Shown here one piece after another: positions 11,101-19,820 of a stretch of DNA of 64,000 bases. This DNA is from Verrucomicrobiia bacterium (GTDB lineage Bacteria; Verrucomicrobiota; Verrucomicrobiia; Opitutales; Opitutaceae): assembly GCA_011525695.1 (NCBI GenBank), contig WYBX01000051.1, forward strand, positions 4,691 to 68,690, written 5' to 3'. The position numbers and the translations under genes are program-made. Within the stretch, counting starts at the first letter, position 1; every line of letters begins with the position of its first letter. Below the pieces are notes generated by a model, which did no database searches, was not told the DNA's origin, and saw nothing but the letters and a program-made list of their open reading frames with translations.

Positions 11101-14100
11101 CCTGCTGGAACTGTCGGGCACCAACACGTACACGGGCGTGACGACGGTTTACCATGGCATCCTGGCGACCGGCAGTGCCGGTGCGCTGTCGGCGGACAGC
11201 CGCGTGATCGTGAAGCCGCACGGCTGGGATGGCAATTGGGCCACGCTGGAAATCAATCACAGCAGCACGATTCCGGGCCTTGGCGGATATGGCACGGTGG
11301 ACATCGGTAACGAAGAGCCGCCGACGCTCACGTTGAACGTAGCTGATTCGAGCACGTTCTTCGGGATAATCAGGGGGAATGGGAGCCTGATCAAGGACGG
11401 CCCGGGGATTTTGACGCTGGCGCGGGACGGCGAGGTGAGCGCCGACTTTGGCAGTTCGTACAGCGGAGGCACGACCGTCTCAGAGGGGACGCTGGCCATC
11501 ACCTATGTGGGCGGTTACTCCGATTACGAGCAGAGCGAATTCAGTCCAATTGGCGTTGGTCCGCTGACAATGGAGTTTGGTACCACCCTCGCGATCGGAA
11601 GCATGTTCGACCCGCACGGCACGGATTCGCCGTTTGAAATCGCCAACGATCTCTTCCTAGCCAACGGAGTCTCGCTTCAATCGGGGATGGGCGGAATGGA
11701 TCGCGACATCAGCTTTAGTGGTGCGGTGACGGCCACGTCCACTGGTACCACGTTGTTCCTCCCCGCATTCACGCCGGTTGAAATTTCCGGGCAGCTGAGG
11801 GCGGAGAACCCTGGTACCACGCTCAACTTCGCCAGTGGTACGCCCGGGAAGCCCGGGTTTGCTTTCATCACGGGCGCAGTTAACGACACGAACACCAATC
11901 TTTCGACTGTCGCGGTCGAGGATGCGGCGCTGGTCTTTGCCTCAGGCGCTTCGCTCCCCGAATCCGTCGCGGTCGAGGTTTCGAACGGGTATGTTGGCGT
12001 GACCAACTGGGGGGAGGAAGGCGGAGTTACCGCGACGACCGCCCTGCTGGCCCGGACCGCGGCGGACAAGGCCGGATTCACGGGGAGCTTCGGCCTGGAC
12101 ACGCCGGGCGAAGGAACTCCCAGCACCTTCTCCGGGGCGCTCGATGTTTCCGCATATCCGGGACTGAGGCTCGGCTCGCTGTCCAACGCAATTCTCACGG
12201 GCGCGATCATTCCGGCGTCTGGCGGCTATGCTTTCGGCAATGGCGGCGGCGCGTTGATCGTGGATACCAGTCTTGGTGGGGCTTTCGCGACGTCCGTGGT
12301 TTCCTCGAACCTGCCGGATAATGCCCTCACCGTGGTTTTCCGCGGGAACAACACCTACACGGGGGGCCTCACCGTTGAAAATTCGATTGTGGTACTGGAT
12401 TCGGCCAGCGCTATGCCCGGGGTCGGGTCGATCGCGCTCGGCGACAACGGCTACTTGGGTTACACCGAGGCATTCACCGGAGTCTCCACATTCGGCGAGC
12501 TTGCAGCGCGGCTGACACCGGAACACTCGGAGAGTGCGATTCTCGGTTTCGATTCGAACCAGTACATCCTGAATGCACTGGGGGGAGTTGAGGATACGTG
12601 GGCGCCCCGTGAAGTCACCGGATTGCTCGACCTGAGCGGCCGCGGTTTGATTTATGTCGGCACCACGACACAGGCGGTGCTGTCCGGCCGAATCATCGCG
12701 CCGACCCAGAATTCGGCCGGGGGAGAGCTCAGGCTGATGGGGGCCTACGATGGCTATCTCAAGGTGACCTCACCGCTGCTTGCCGGGGACGTGACTGGGC
12801 TCGTGGTGGGAACAAACTCGACAGACTTTGGTGACGGTGTGGTCGAGTTGAATGGCGCCAGCACGTTCACGGGCGGCACCTCGCTCCGCAGCGGTACCCT
12901 GGCGCTGTCGGCGAGCACCCTCATGCTTGGTGACGTGCTTCAAGCGGGGCCGCTGGGTACTGGGACGCTCACCGTCCCTGTTTTCGACCCAGTCTGGCAT
13001 TTGCAGCCAACCCTGGTTTCAACCGCAAGTGACAAACTGGTCCTCGAGAACGACATTTCCCTCGGCGCACGGCTGCGGCTGGGTGTCGACCCCTATTCGG
13101 ATGATGCCGATTGGTTCGAGCCGGGAGGCGGTCGCTTCATACTCAATGGAGACATCGGGGGGGCAGGCAGCCTCGAAATATTCCAGGATGTCGTGCTCAC
13201 GGGGAACAATTCCTTCACCGGCGGAATTACACTGCGCTCCGGGGAACTCGGGATTGGCAGTAGCACGGCACTCGGCGGGCCCATGGGCGGGACCGTCGAC
13301 ATTTCGCCCTATTATCACGAGGACTATGATGGCGTCCGGCTGAGAGTGCTGAATGGGGACCAGACGGTTGCGAACAACCTAAATTTGAACCTGTATTCCG
13401 AGAGCATGATGGGGTCCGTGCTCCCGGTGCTGGGCAACGGCAGCCTGACGGTCACCGGAGATATCAATCTGAACAACGGCGTCAGGTTCTTCACCGGCCG
13501 CCACCCGTTTTTCATCGAGGGCAATGTCTCGGGCCATGGCGCGCTGAAGGCCATGGGACTCTCGGCGGTGGTCCTGCGCGGTGAGAACAACACCTACACG
13601 GGTGGTACACGGGCGAGTTATGGCGCCGTGATCTTCAGCAGCCCGCAGGCAATTCCCGCCTCGCCATGGGCTGGGCTCGTGGCCGGGAATCATGGTTACA
13701 TCGGGCTGGCGACGGCGCCAGATGTGGCCACCGACCTCCAGGCGGTTTTTATCGACCGGTTCGACAAGTATGAAACCGAGGGCACGATCGGGTTCGACAC
13801 GCGCATCAGTGCGACGGCGTCCGAAGTGTTCGCGGGCGACATCGATCTCACCGGGTTTGAGGACGTCAAACTCGGCTCCGCGACCTCGGCCGTGTTGAGC
13901 GGCACCATCACGCCTGCCTACAATGAGTACGAGTTTGGCGGAGGTGGCGGCCGACTCGAGATTCTGTCGGCCCTCACCGATGTCCCGCCCATGATCTGGG
14001 ACGAGTCGGGCGGCGGTGGTTATTCGATTGCCTCGGATGTGTCGCCACCGCGGAGCCTCTCCGTGGTGTCGCTGCCAGTGGCGCCGCTGACGCTGCGGCT

Positions 14101-15640
14101 GGCGGGAGAATCCTCATACAGCGGCCCGACCTGGGTCTCCAATTCCGGCCTGATCTTTGCGGGTGAAGCCCTTCCTTCTGGCGACGTGTCGGTGGAGTCC
14201 GGTTACGTCGGCCGGGAAATCGCGGCCAATCAGACCGGAACAGATCCCCTCGTTGCTGACTTCGTCGCGAAATTCGAGGCGGGCGGATCCTCTGGATTCA
14301 TCGGCTTTGACTCTGTCGCCGGGCACACCGTGTCGGGGCTCGACCTTTCCGGTTTTTCCAATGACCAACTGGGCATCGCGACGTCCACCAAGCTGACGCT
14401 CGCGGGCACGCTGACAATGAACCCCGAGGCCTCGGTGTACCGCTTTGCCGGGTACAAGGGTGGCCAGCTGACGGTGGCCAGCGTGCTCGAGGGAGCGATG
14501 AATGCTGTCATTGGCGATGCGGACATTCCCGCCACCAGCCGCAGTCCCATCGATCCGGATGGCCCGTGGTCTAGCGTTACACTTGCAGGCAGCAACACCT
14601 ATACGGGCGGCACGTCACTCGAGGCCGGGCTGCTGCTGTTGGGCAGCGATACTGCTCTAGGCACCGGCGCCCTCGTGATCGAAGGTGACGATGATTACGG
14701 TTATGACTACGAGGAAATTTCCTCCCGGGTCGCACTGGGCGCGTCAGTCGATGGAATCGTGGTGCCGAATGCCGTCCAGTTGTACTCCAACCTCGCGCTG
14801 ACAGGCGTGAACAATTTCGAACTGGCCGGCCAACTTTCGGGGGATTCCGAGAGCTACTACACGTTAATCAAGACCGGATCGTCCACCGTGAGACTCAGCG
14901 GCGAGAACGTCGACTTCAACGGAAACGTGCATATTGCTGAAGGCGCGCTGCGGGTGGCCGATAGCAATGCCTTCGGGACGGGGTGGAACGGGATCACGAT
15001 TGCCGGCGGTGCGCTTGAAGTGGAGGGCGGGGTGACGCTGGCAAAGGAGATCGAGATGGCCGGTGGTACGCTTGCGGGGAACGGCACGATCGAACCCGCG
15101 ACGCCGCTCGTGATTGGGCAGGGCGCGGCGCTTTCCCCTGGGATCGAAGGAATCGGGACCCTCCATTTCAACGCCCCGGTAGAGAGCAGCGAGCCGGTGC
15201 TGACACTGGCCCCTGGAGGCACGTATCAGCTCGAGTTTGATGGCTCGATTGCTCAGAGCGGCCAGGACCTGATCTCGGTTGACGGAACGGTCCAAATTGC
15301 GGCCACGCCAGTCGCGCCCTTCCAATTCAAGATCGATCCCTACACGGGATCCGGGCTGCTCGACTTGGCCGGCCTGCTGCCGGACGAGAATTACACCTGG
15401 ACGGTGCTCACGGCGACGGCCATCAGCGGTTTCACTGCCGGCAGTTTGATCGTCGATCCGAATTCGGAGATCCACCATCTCGGGCTCGCCACAAGCTTCG
15501 ACTTCAGCATTGCCAATATCACGGGTGGCCAGGCGCTGGTGTTCAGCTTCACGGCCGTGCCCGAGCCTTCGACCTATGCCATGCTCGGAATCGGTGCACT
15601 TGCGGTGCTGTTGGCCACGCGCCGCCGCCGCACGGTGTGA
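8162..15640 (+). CDS. Giant autotransporter-associated beta-strand-repeat protein with PEP-CTERM anchor
   Basis: The 2492-aa ORF starts at an ATG with signal peptide MKLVLQRFGLMGMFFAVTTACFA. It has the same repeat type as the neighbouring gene (GTLxLSGANTYTGGTTINGGTL). It ends in a canonical C-terminal PEP-CTERM, AVPEPSTYAMLGIGALAVLLATRRRRTV. Confidence 0.9.
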   Translation: MKLVLQRFGLMGMFFAVTTACFAPPSPFLWKADNTNTGVFELNTNWDGDIAPPPGTDLAFGTAVTSTVNLFDPAVANKLTFTPSSTNYTFLKNDDATLTLGAGGIVMESGGSGVVSLHSDLGLILSASQTWDLNSSGDFSVAGLISGVDFGLTKTGTGTLFLSGANTYTGGTTINGGTLVVSLLADGGLPSSIGASASAAPNLVLNGADAELYYVGGAATTDRLLTLGADGGAIVASGGGALQFTNTGSVALEGADLPRTLRLDGLNTDANTFAPALGDSGTGPTSLLKSGDGTWILAGANTYTGGTLIAGGTLGLGASGALPEGGDLVFGAPAGASVNLALNGYSQTVGALAFGGADGASHSGVDLGSGTLTLGGDVTFNAANHPSDVWISGGTLELNGTRTFDLGNSDNAYAEVSISSAITGADSAIVKLGAGTLMLSGANTYSGPTSILAGTVLVSSGTALGDTANGTVISSGATLHLVGAAIGAENITVEGIGTDGMGAILATGWSSLAGTVTLTNDAAIGGMGELLVSGAIGDAGAGYGLTKLDWGRLILTGTNTYGGLTTIEGGALQLGDGETAGSILGDVALPVYDATLTFNQPGAFEFAGSVTGEGRLEKLGSGALTLTGANSYTGGTFVGDGTLASGGSGTLSPGSVFYVSSGATLGVNHSNVIAGLGDGYDGGGTVAIEDTSLTLETPIFSTVEFSGDVTGTGSLVKTGIGMQILSGEVSHTGGTTIQAGVLAFGRDGSTPLSETLGGDVTFAGHVFFGGGLLRFDYGGEGPLTFTGRITGPGRVDTIGGNELVFANTANDYSGSTTLTGSTLTSGGVNTFSPNSAIVLQQGASLQVNHDNTIKGLRGGMESWDPPDTVSIAEGVTLTLNTPTFLITDFGGNIEGGGALSKTGIGTQILSGASSFMGGLTIEAGVVTIGNGGSGASLDSDVTFAGHLGFGGGLLRFNGADWSAYAGNISGPGRVDQIGSGLLELSGTNTYTGVTTVYHGILATGSAGALSADSRVIVKPHGWDGNWATLEINHSSTIPGLGGYGTVDIGNEEPPTLTLNVADSSTFFGIIRGNGSLIKDGPGILTLARDGEVSADFGSSYSGGTTVSEGTLAITYVGGYSDYEQSEFSPIGVGPLTMEFGTTLAIGSMFDPHGTDSPFEIANDLFLANGVSLQSGMGGMDRDISFSGAVTATSTGTTLFLPAFTPVEISGQLRAENPGTTLNFASGTPGKPGFAFITGAVNDTNTNLSTVAVEDAALVFASGASLPESVAVEVSNGYVGVTNWGEEGGVTATTALLARTAADKAGFTGSFGLDTPGEGTPSTFSGALDVSAYPGLRLGSLSNAILTGAIIPASGGYAFGNGGGALIVDTSLGGAFATSVVSSNLPDNALTVVFRGNNTYTGGLTVENSIVVLDSASAMPGVGSIALGDNGYLGYTEAFTGVSTFGELAARLTPEHSESAILGFDSNQYILNALGGVEDTWAPREVTGLLDLSGRGLIYVGTTTQAVLSGRIIAPTQNSAGGELRLMGAYDGYLKVTSPLLAGDVTGLVVGTNSTDFGDGVVELNGASTFTGGTSLRSGTLALSASTLMLGDVLQAGPLGTGTLTVPVFDPVWHLQPTLVSTASDKLVLENDISLGARLRLGVDPYSDDADWFEPGGGRFILNGDIGGAGSLEIFQDVVLTGNNSFTGGITLRSGELGIGSSTALGGPMGGTVDISPYYHEDYDGVRLRVLNGDQTVANNLNLNLYSESMMGSVLPVLGNGSLTVTGDINLNNGVRFFTGRHPFFIEGNVSGHGALKAMGLSAVVLRGENNTYTGGTRASYGAVIFSSPQAIPASPWAGLVAGNHGYIGLATAPDVATDLQAVFIDRFDKYETEGTIGFDTRISATASEVFAGDIDLTGFEDVKLGSATSAVLSGTITPAYNEYEFGGGGGRLEILSALTDVPPMIWDESGGGGYSIASDVSPPRSLSVVSLPVAPLTLRLAGESSYSGPTWVSNSGLIFAGEALPSGDVSVESGYVGREIAANQTGTDPLVADFVAKFEAGGSSGFIGFDSVAGHTVSGLDLSGFSNDQLGIATSTKLTLAGTLTMNPEASVYRFAGYKGGQLTVASVLEGAMNAVIGDADIPATSRSPIDPDGPWSSVTLAGSNTYTGGTSLEAGLLLLGSDTALGTGALVIEGDDDYGYDYEEISSRVALGASVDGIVVPNAVQLYSNLALTGVNNFELAGQLSGDSESYYTLIKTGSSTVRLSGENVDFNGNVHIAEGALRVADSNAFGTGWNGITIAGGALEVEGGVTLAKEIEMAGGTLAGNGTIEPATPLVIGQGAALSPGIEGIGTLHFNAPVESSEPVLTLAPGGTYQLEFDGSIAQSGQDLISVDGTVQIAATPVAPFQFKIDPYTGSGLLDLAGLLPDENYTWTVLTATAISGFTAGSLIVDPNSEIHHLGLATSFDFSIANITGGQALVFSFTAVPEPSTYAMLGIGALAVLLATRRRRTV

Positions 15641-15645
15641 TGGAC

Positions 15646-15666
15646 GGGCGCAGTCTTGCTGCGCCC
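15646..15666. terminator. GC-rich hairpin, copy 1 (convergent intergenic region)
   Basis: GGGCGCAG-tcttg-CTGCGCCC lies 6 nt after the stop of the 8162..15640 gene. It sits between two convergent genes. Confidence 0.45.
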
Positions 15667-15690
15667 GAGAGCACATTCGGATTGTCATGC

Positions 15691-15711
15691 GGGCGCAGCT
15701 TGTCTGCGCCC
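15691..15711. terminator. GC-rich hairpin, copy 2 (same stem sequence)
   Basis: GGGCGCAG-cttgt-CTGCGCCC has an 8-bp stem identical to copy 1. It lies 20 nt from the stop of the minus-strand cytochrome gene. Confidence 0.45.
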
Positions 15712-15731
15712 CTGCGACTTGATTCCGGCTA

Positions 15732-18011
15732 TCACCGCGCTGGCCCCACCAGTTGCCGGGCACCGGCATGCGTGGGATCAATTTCCAGCACACGGCGTGC
15801 TGCAACGATGGCCGCGTCACGCTCGCCGCGTTGCCAGTGAATCGTGGCCCGCGCATAGGGATAATCAGCTGTCTGCGGCGCGATGGATTCCGCCTGCCGC
15901 AGCGCTTTCAGCCCTTCATCCGCCCGCCCGGTCTGCACCAGGAGCAGCCCCAAATTGTACCACGCGCGATCGAACCGGGGATCCCGCCGGAGCGCTTCAC
16001 GCAGGGCCAGTTCGGCATCCGGCAGCTTCTGCGCTGACGCGAACGCGAGCGCCGCATTGAATGCCGGCCGGGCAGCTCCCGGTTCCAGCTGCGCCGCGCG
16101 CCAGAGCGCAGCTGCCGCCTCACTGCCGCGCCCGAGTGAATCCAGCACCAGCCCGAGCGTCTCCTGCATTCCGGCAGAATAGGGATCCCATTCCGTGGCC
16201 AGGCGGAGGGGCGCAACCGCCTCCGCCGCGCGTCCGCGATTGAACAAGTCCTGGCCGATTCGCAGCCGGCCGGTTGGCTGATCCGCGCTGACCCGGAGGT
16301 AGGCCTCGAGCTCGGAGCGGGGTTGGGACGCGTCGGGAAGCTGCGGCGAGAGGGCCCAAGCGGCGTCAAGTCGGACCACGCGTGACGGATCGGCCAGCAG
16401 CGGTTCGATGGCCGGAGCCGCCTCGGGGTTTCCCGAAAGGACCTGCACCGCCGCGGAGCGCACCAGGGGATCCGCATCCTGCAGCGCAGCCCGTGCCGCG
16501 CTGGTCACCCGGATGTCGGAGGAGTAGGGCCGACTGAGCAGCAGCAGGGTCGCCTTCCACGCGGGAATGTCCTCATTGGCGATGAAGTCGAGGAGCCGGG
16601 CGGTGATGCCGGCATCCTCCGCCTGCGCTGCGGCCACGACCCTGGCCCGCTCCCGCTGCCTCGAATTCATCTTGTCCCCGTACCATGAATCGGTGTGCGC
16701 GATGGCCCAATTGACGGTCTGATCCTTGTGGCAGCCGTTGCATGCGTTCGGGATGCCGAGCTCCTTGGTCAGCAGCGGATCCGGCTTGAGGAACCCATGA
16801 TCATGCCGCGGATCCCGCTGCATATAGGTCGTCATCGGCATGTGACACGCGACGCACTGGTTGCCCTTGCTGTCGGCGGCATGGTGCGAATGCGCCAGCG
16901 GATCGATCACGATCGCGTTCTGCCGGCCCGGAGCTCCGTGGCACTGCAGGCAGATCGCGTTGTTCTCGGCCGGCAGCAGGGTCCTTCCGCTGTGCGGATC
17001 ATGGCAGTCGAGACACGTGACGCCCGCCTTGCCGCCCATCCGGCTGATGAGAAACGAAGTGTAGTTGAAAACTTCATCCCGCATCTGGCCGTCGGGATAA
17101 AATACCGAAGCTTCAGTGGGGAGGGTAAGCCGGTAATGATCATGATACGGCGCACCGGGCACGACGGTGCCGGTCAGCAACTCGTTGCGCGCATGGCACG
17201 GGGCGCAGGTTTCCTGGGAGCGCCGCCTTTCGGCGGGTGCGGCAAAAGCGGTCCGGGGAGCCGGAGGACGGTTTGGGTCCGCGTGGTTCGCAGGCAGGTT
17301 GCCATGGCACTGGGTGCAGCCCACGCCATGCTCCGTCCATTGCGAAGCGTAGGAATCCGTCGCGAAATCATACTTCTTGTCGAATCCGGTCATGTGGCAG
17401 TGCGCGCACATCGAATTCCAGGTCATCCCGCGACCGAGCCAGTGGCCCCATTCGCCCGGCTGCCGGCGTTCGTCGCCATAAACATTGAACCACTCCTGTT
17501 TCGCCGGATCGAAAGCGAGCTCCGTGAGCTGGTAGCGCCCCTTGCCCACCGGCACGACGTATTGCCGCAGCGGCGTATAAGCCAGGACGAACTCAGGGAC
17601 AAATGATTGTGCCGGCTGGCCGGGCCGGGCTTCGCGCAACACCGCCTGGCCGGCATCGAGGCTGACACGGTAGTCCAGTCCGTTGAGGCTGAAGTCGCGC
17701 GCGGGCAGGAATGCCGCTCGATCCTTTTCCGGATCGATGGGCCGGTGGGCATGTGCGTGATGCGAACCGGACCACGCCTGGTGAATCGCTTCGTGACAGC
17801 TTCGACAGTCGGTGGATGGACTGAACCGGGACTGGGCGGCGCTGTGGGCCGGAACTGGCGTGACCGCGGAGCGTTCCCGGCCGCATCCGCCGAACAGCAG
17901 GCCAAAGCACAGGACGGCCACGATGAGCCAGGCATTCCGGGCCAAACCTGCAGTCAGGCGCACGGTCTCTTTTCGGGTGCGGAGGGCGCGAGCGCCGGTT
18001 CGGAAATTCAT
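15732..18011 (-). CDS. Multiheme (8 x CxxCH) cytochrome c fused to HEAT/TPR repeats
   Basis: Eight heme motifs (CRSCH, CAHCH, CTQCH, CAPCH, CLDCH, CLQCH, CVACH, CNGCH) lie in the N-terminal ~430 aa. Helical HEAT-like and TPR-like repeats follow (e.g. AWYNLGLLLVQTGRADEGLKALRQA). The N-terminal hydrophobic segment ends in LLFGGCG, a possible lipobox. Confidence 0.8.
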   Translation of the reverse strand: MNFRTGARALRTRKETVRLTAGLARNAWLIVAVLCFGLLFGGCGRERSAVTPVPAHSAAQSRFSPSTDCRSCHEAIHQAWSGSHHAHAHRPIDPEKDRAAFLPARDFSLNGLDYRVSLDAGQAVLREARPGQPAQSFVPEFVLAYTPLRQYVVPVGKGRYQLTELAFDPAKQEWFNVYGDERRQPGEWGHWLGRGMTWNSMCAHCHMTGFDKKYDFATDSYASQWTEHGVGCTQCHGNLPANHADPNRPPAPRTAFAAPAERRRSQETCAPCHARNELLTGTVVPGAPYHDHYRLTLPTEASVFYPDGQMRDEVFNYTSFLISRMGGKAGVTCLDCHDPHSGRTLLPAENNAICLQCHGAPGRQNAIVIDPLAHSHHAADSKGNQCVACHMPMTTYMQRDPRHDHGFLKPDPLLTKELGIPNACNGCHKDQTVNWAIAHTDSWYGDKMNSRQRERARVVAAAQAEDAGITARLLDFIANEDIPAWKATLLLLSRPYSSDIRVTSAARAALQDADPLVRSAAVQVLSGNPEAAPAIEPLLADPSRVVRLDAAWALSPQLPDASQPRSELEAYLRVSADQPTGRLRIGQDLFNRGRAAEAVAPLRLATEWDPYSAGMQETLGLVLDSLGRGSEAAAALWRAAQLEPGAARPAFNAALAFASAQKLPDAELALREALRRDPRFDRAWYNLGLLLVQTGRADEGLKALRQAESIAPQTADYPYARATIHWQRGERDAAIVAARRVLEIDPTHAGARQLVGPAR

Positions 18012-19066
18012 TGGGTGCTGAATCGAAATACCGTCGAGGAGCGGAACTGCTGCCCGGGCCGGAGAATCGTGGACGGGAATCCCGGTTGATTCGGAGAGTC
18101 GGGGAAATGTTGCGTCTCCAGGCAGAAACCGCCGCGCCGGGGATAGGCGCAGCCATTCTTTCCGGAGAAGGCGCCGGCGAGAAAGTTTCCGCTGTAGAAC
18201 TGGGCCCCGGGTTCGGTGGTGGCCAATTCGAGAACGCGACCCGAGTGCGGCTCGAGTACGGTGGCAGCGGCGAAAAGCGAGTCGCCGGTGGAATCGAGGA
18301 CAAAGTTGTGATCGTATCCGCCCGCCACCCGCAGCTGTTCATCCGGCAGGTCGATCCGTTCACCGATGGGGTGCGGCGTGCGAAAATCGAGCGGGGTGCC
18401 GGCCACGGGCGCGATCGCGCCAGTTGGGATGAGCCCGCGGTTGACGGGCGTGTACCGGCTGGCGTTCAGCGTCAAAATGTGCCCCAGCACGTCGCCGGCA
18501 TCGTGCCCGGCGAGGTTGAAATACGAATGATTCGTCAAGTTCAGCGGAGTGGGCCGATCCGTCACGGCGGCGTAGTCCAGCCGCAACGCATTGTCCTCCC
18601 GCAGCGTGTAGGTCACCGTCACGTCGAGATTTCCCGGATACCCCTCGTCTCCATCCGGGCTCCTCAGACTCAGGCGCAGCGCGGGTCCGTCGGCGGTCGC
18701 CAGCGGTTCCGCTTGCCAGATCCGCTTGTCAAACCCGCGAAGCCCGCCGTGAAGATGGCAGGGAAGCGCCCCGGGGGAATTGTTGGTCGCGAGCTCGTAC
18801 GTCCGGCCCTCCAGGGTGAACCGGCCGGAGGCGATCCGATTGGCGAAACGGCCGATGACACTGCCAAAGTACGAAGGGTGGGTCGCGTAGTTGCTGGCGG
18901 CATCAAAGCCGAGGACAACGTCGGCGAACCTGCCCTGGCGATCGGGTACCTGCAGCGAAACCAGCGTGGCCCCGTAGTCCGTGATTCCGGCGCGCACTCC
19001 CTTGGAATTCTCCAGGAAGTGAAGCGTCGTGGAACCAAGCAATGGAACTGTGCCGAAGGTGGTCAT
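18008..19066 (-). CDS. galM: Aldose 1-epimerase (galactose mutarotase)
   Basis: Mutarotase motifs are present: GRFANRI, HLHGGLRGFDKRIW, YDHNFVL and LETQHFPDSPN. The track ORF runs up to 19837, but homology starts at MTTFGTVP (ATG at 19066). The TGA stop overlaps the ATG of the downstream cytochrome gene (ATGA, 18008-18011). Confidence 0.85.
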   Translation of the reverse strand: MTTFGTVPLLGSTTLHFLENSKGVRAGITDYGATLVSLQVPDRQGRFADVVLGFDAASNYATHPSYFGSVIGRFANRIASGRFTLEGRTYELATNNSPGALPCHLHGGLRGFDKRIWQAEPLATADGPALRLSLRSPDGDEGYPGNLDVTVTYTLREDNALRLDYAAVTDRPTPLNLTNHSYFNLAGHDAGDVLGHILTLNASRYTPVNRGLIPTGAIAPVAGTPLDFRTPHPIGERIDLPDEQLRVAGGYDHNFVLDSTGDSLFAAATVLEPHSGRVLELATTEPGAQFYSGNFLAGAFSGKNGCAYPRRGGFCLETQHFPDSPNQPGFPSTILRPGQQFRSSTVFRFSTQ

Positions 19067-19309
19067 TGCAACCCGACAGGTGAGGGATGCATGCAGCGAT
19101 GACAACCGATACCGCAGCTGGCGGGCGGAAAAGCCGTTTTTTGCGCCGAACGTGGAATCTGCCCCGGCAAGGATGAGAAAGCGGGGGTGAAGCCGCACGT
19201 GGAGGCCAGGTATTCTGCACAAGCGCAGGACGGCCGGAAGGAATCCGGTGGTGCAAGCCGGGAATGACCCGATGCACCCGGCCGAAGCGGAAATGCTAGA
19301 GTCACGCCG

Positions 19310-19696
19310 ATGAATCCAAATCCGACTTCCCCCCGTTCCTCGACGGATACTTCCGCTGCGGCCGAAACCATTTCCCGGCGCGCCTATGAACTGTGGGAGC
19401 AGGAAGGCCGGCCCGACGGTTCCGATCTCCGGCACTGGCTGCAGGCCGAGCAGGAACTCAGTGGCGGTGGCACCTCGGATGGACTGAATCTGGGCCGCAG
19501 GCCAGGCTCCAGCAACGGGCATGGCTCCAGCGGCAGCGATGGATTGACCAGCGCAGCCACGGATGTGCGTCCCTTGCAGGGGACGCGGGCCGCCGCCGCC
19601 CAGGCACGTGATGCAAAACGGACTTCGGAGGCTTCCCCCGCCGGGCGAACGACCGTGGGTGCCTCGCGGCCGACCTCGGCCGGACGCCGGAAATAG
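19310..19696 (+). CDS. DUF2934-domain small protein
   Basis: The DUF2934 signature RAYELWEQEGRPDGSDLRHWLQAEQEL is present. It is followed by a low-complexity Gly/Ser/Ala tail. Confidence 0.7.
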   Translation: MNPNPTSPRSSTDTSAAAETISRRAYELWEQEGRPDGSDLRHWLQAEQELSGGGTSDGLNLGRRPGSSNGHGSSGSDGLTSAATDVRPLQGTRAAAAQARDAKRTSEASPAGRTTVGASRPTSAGRRK

Positions 19697-19748
19697 CGAT
19701 TTTGGGTTGGCGGCTGTTGCCGCCGAGTTTTCCCTCGACAAACCCAGG

Positions 19749-19776
19749 GGCGGGCGCAGGCCCGCCTTTTTCTTTT
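19749..19776 (+). terminator. Rho-independent terminator after the DUF2934 gene
   Basis: The stem GGCGGGC-gcag-GCCCGCC is followed directly by TTTTTCTTTT. A weaker hairpin, GGCGGC-tgtt-GCCGCC followed by GAGTTTT, lies upstream at 19709-19724. Confidence 0.65.
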
Positions 19777-19820
19777 GCCGCGGTGGGAATGCCGTACGGC
19801 GGAACAAAGAACGGGCACCC

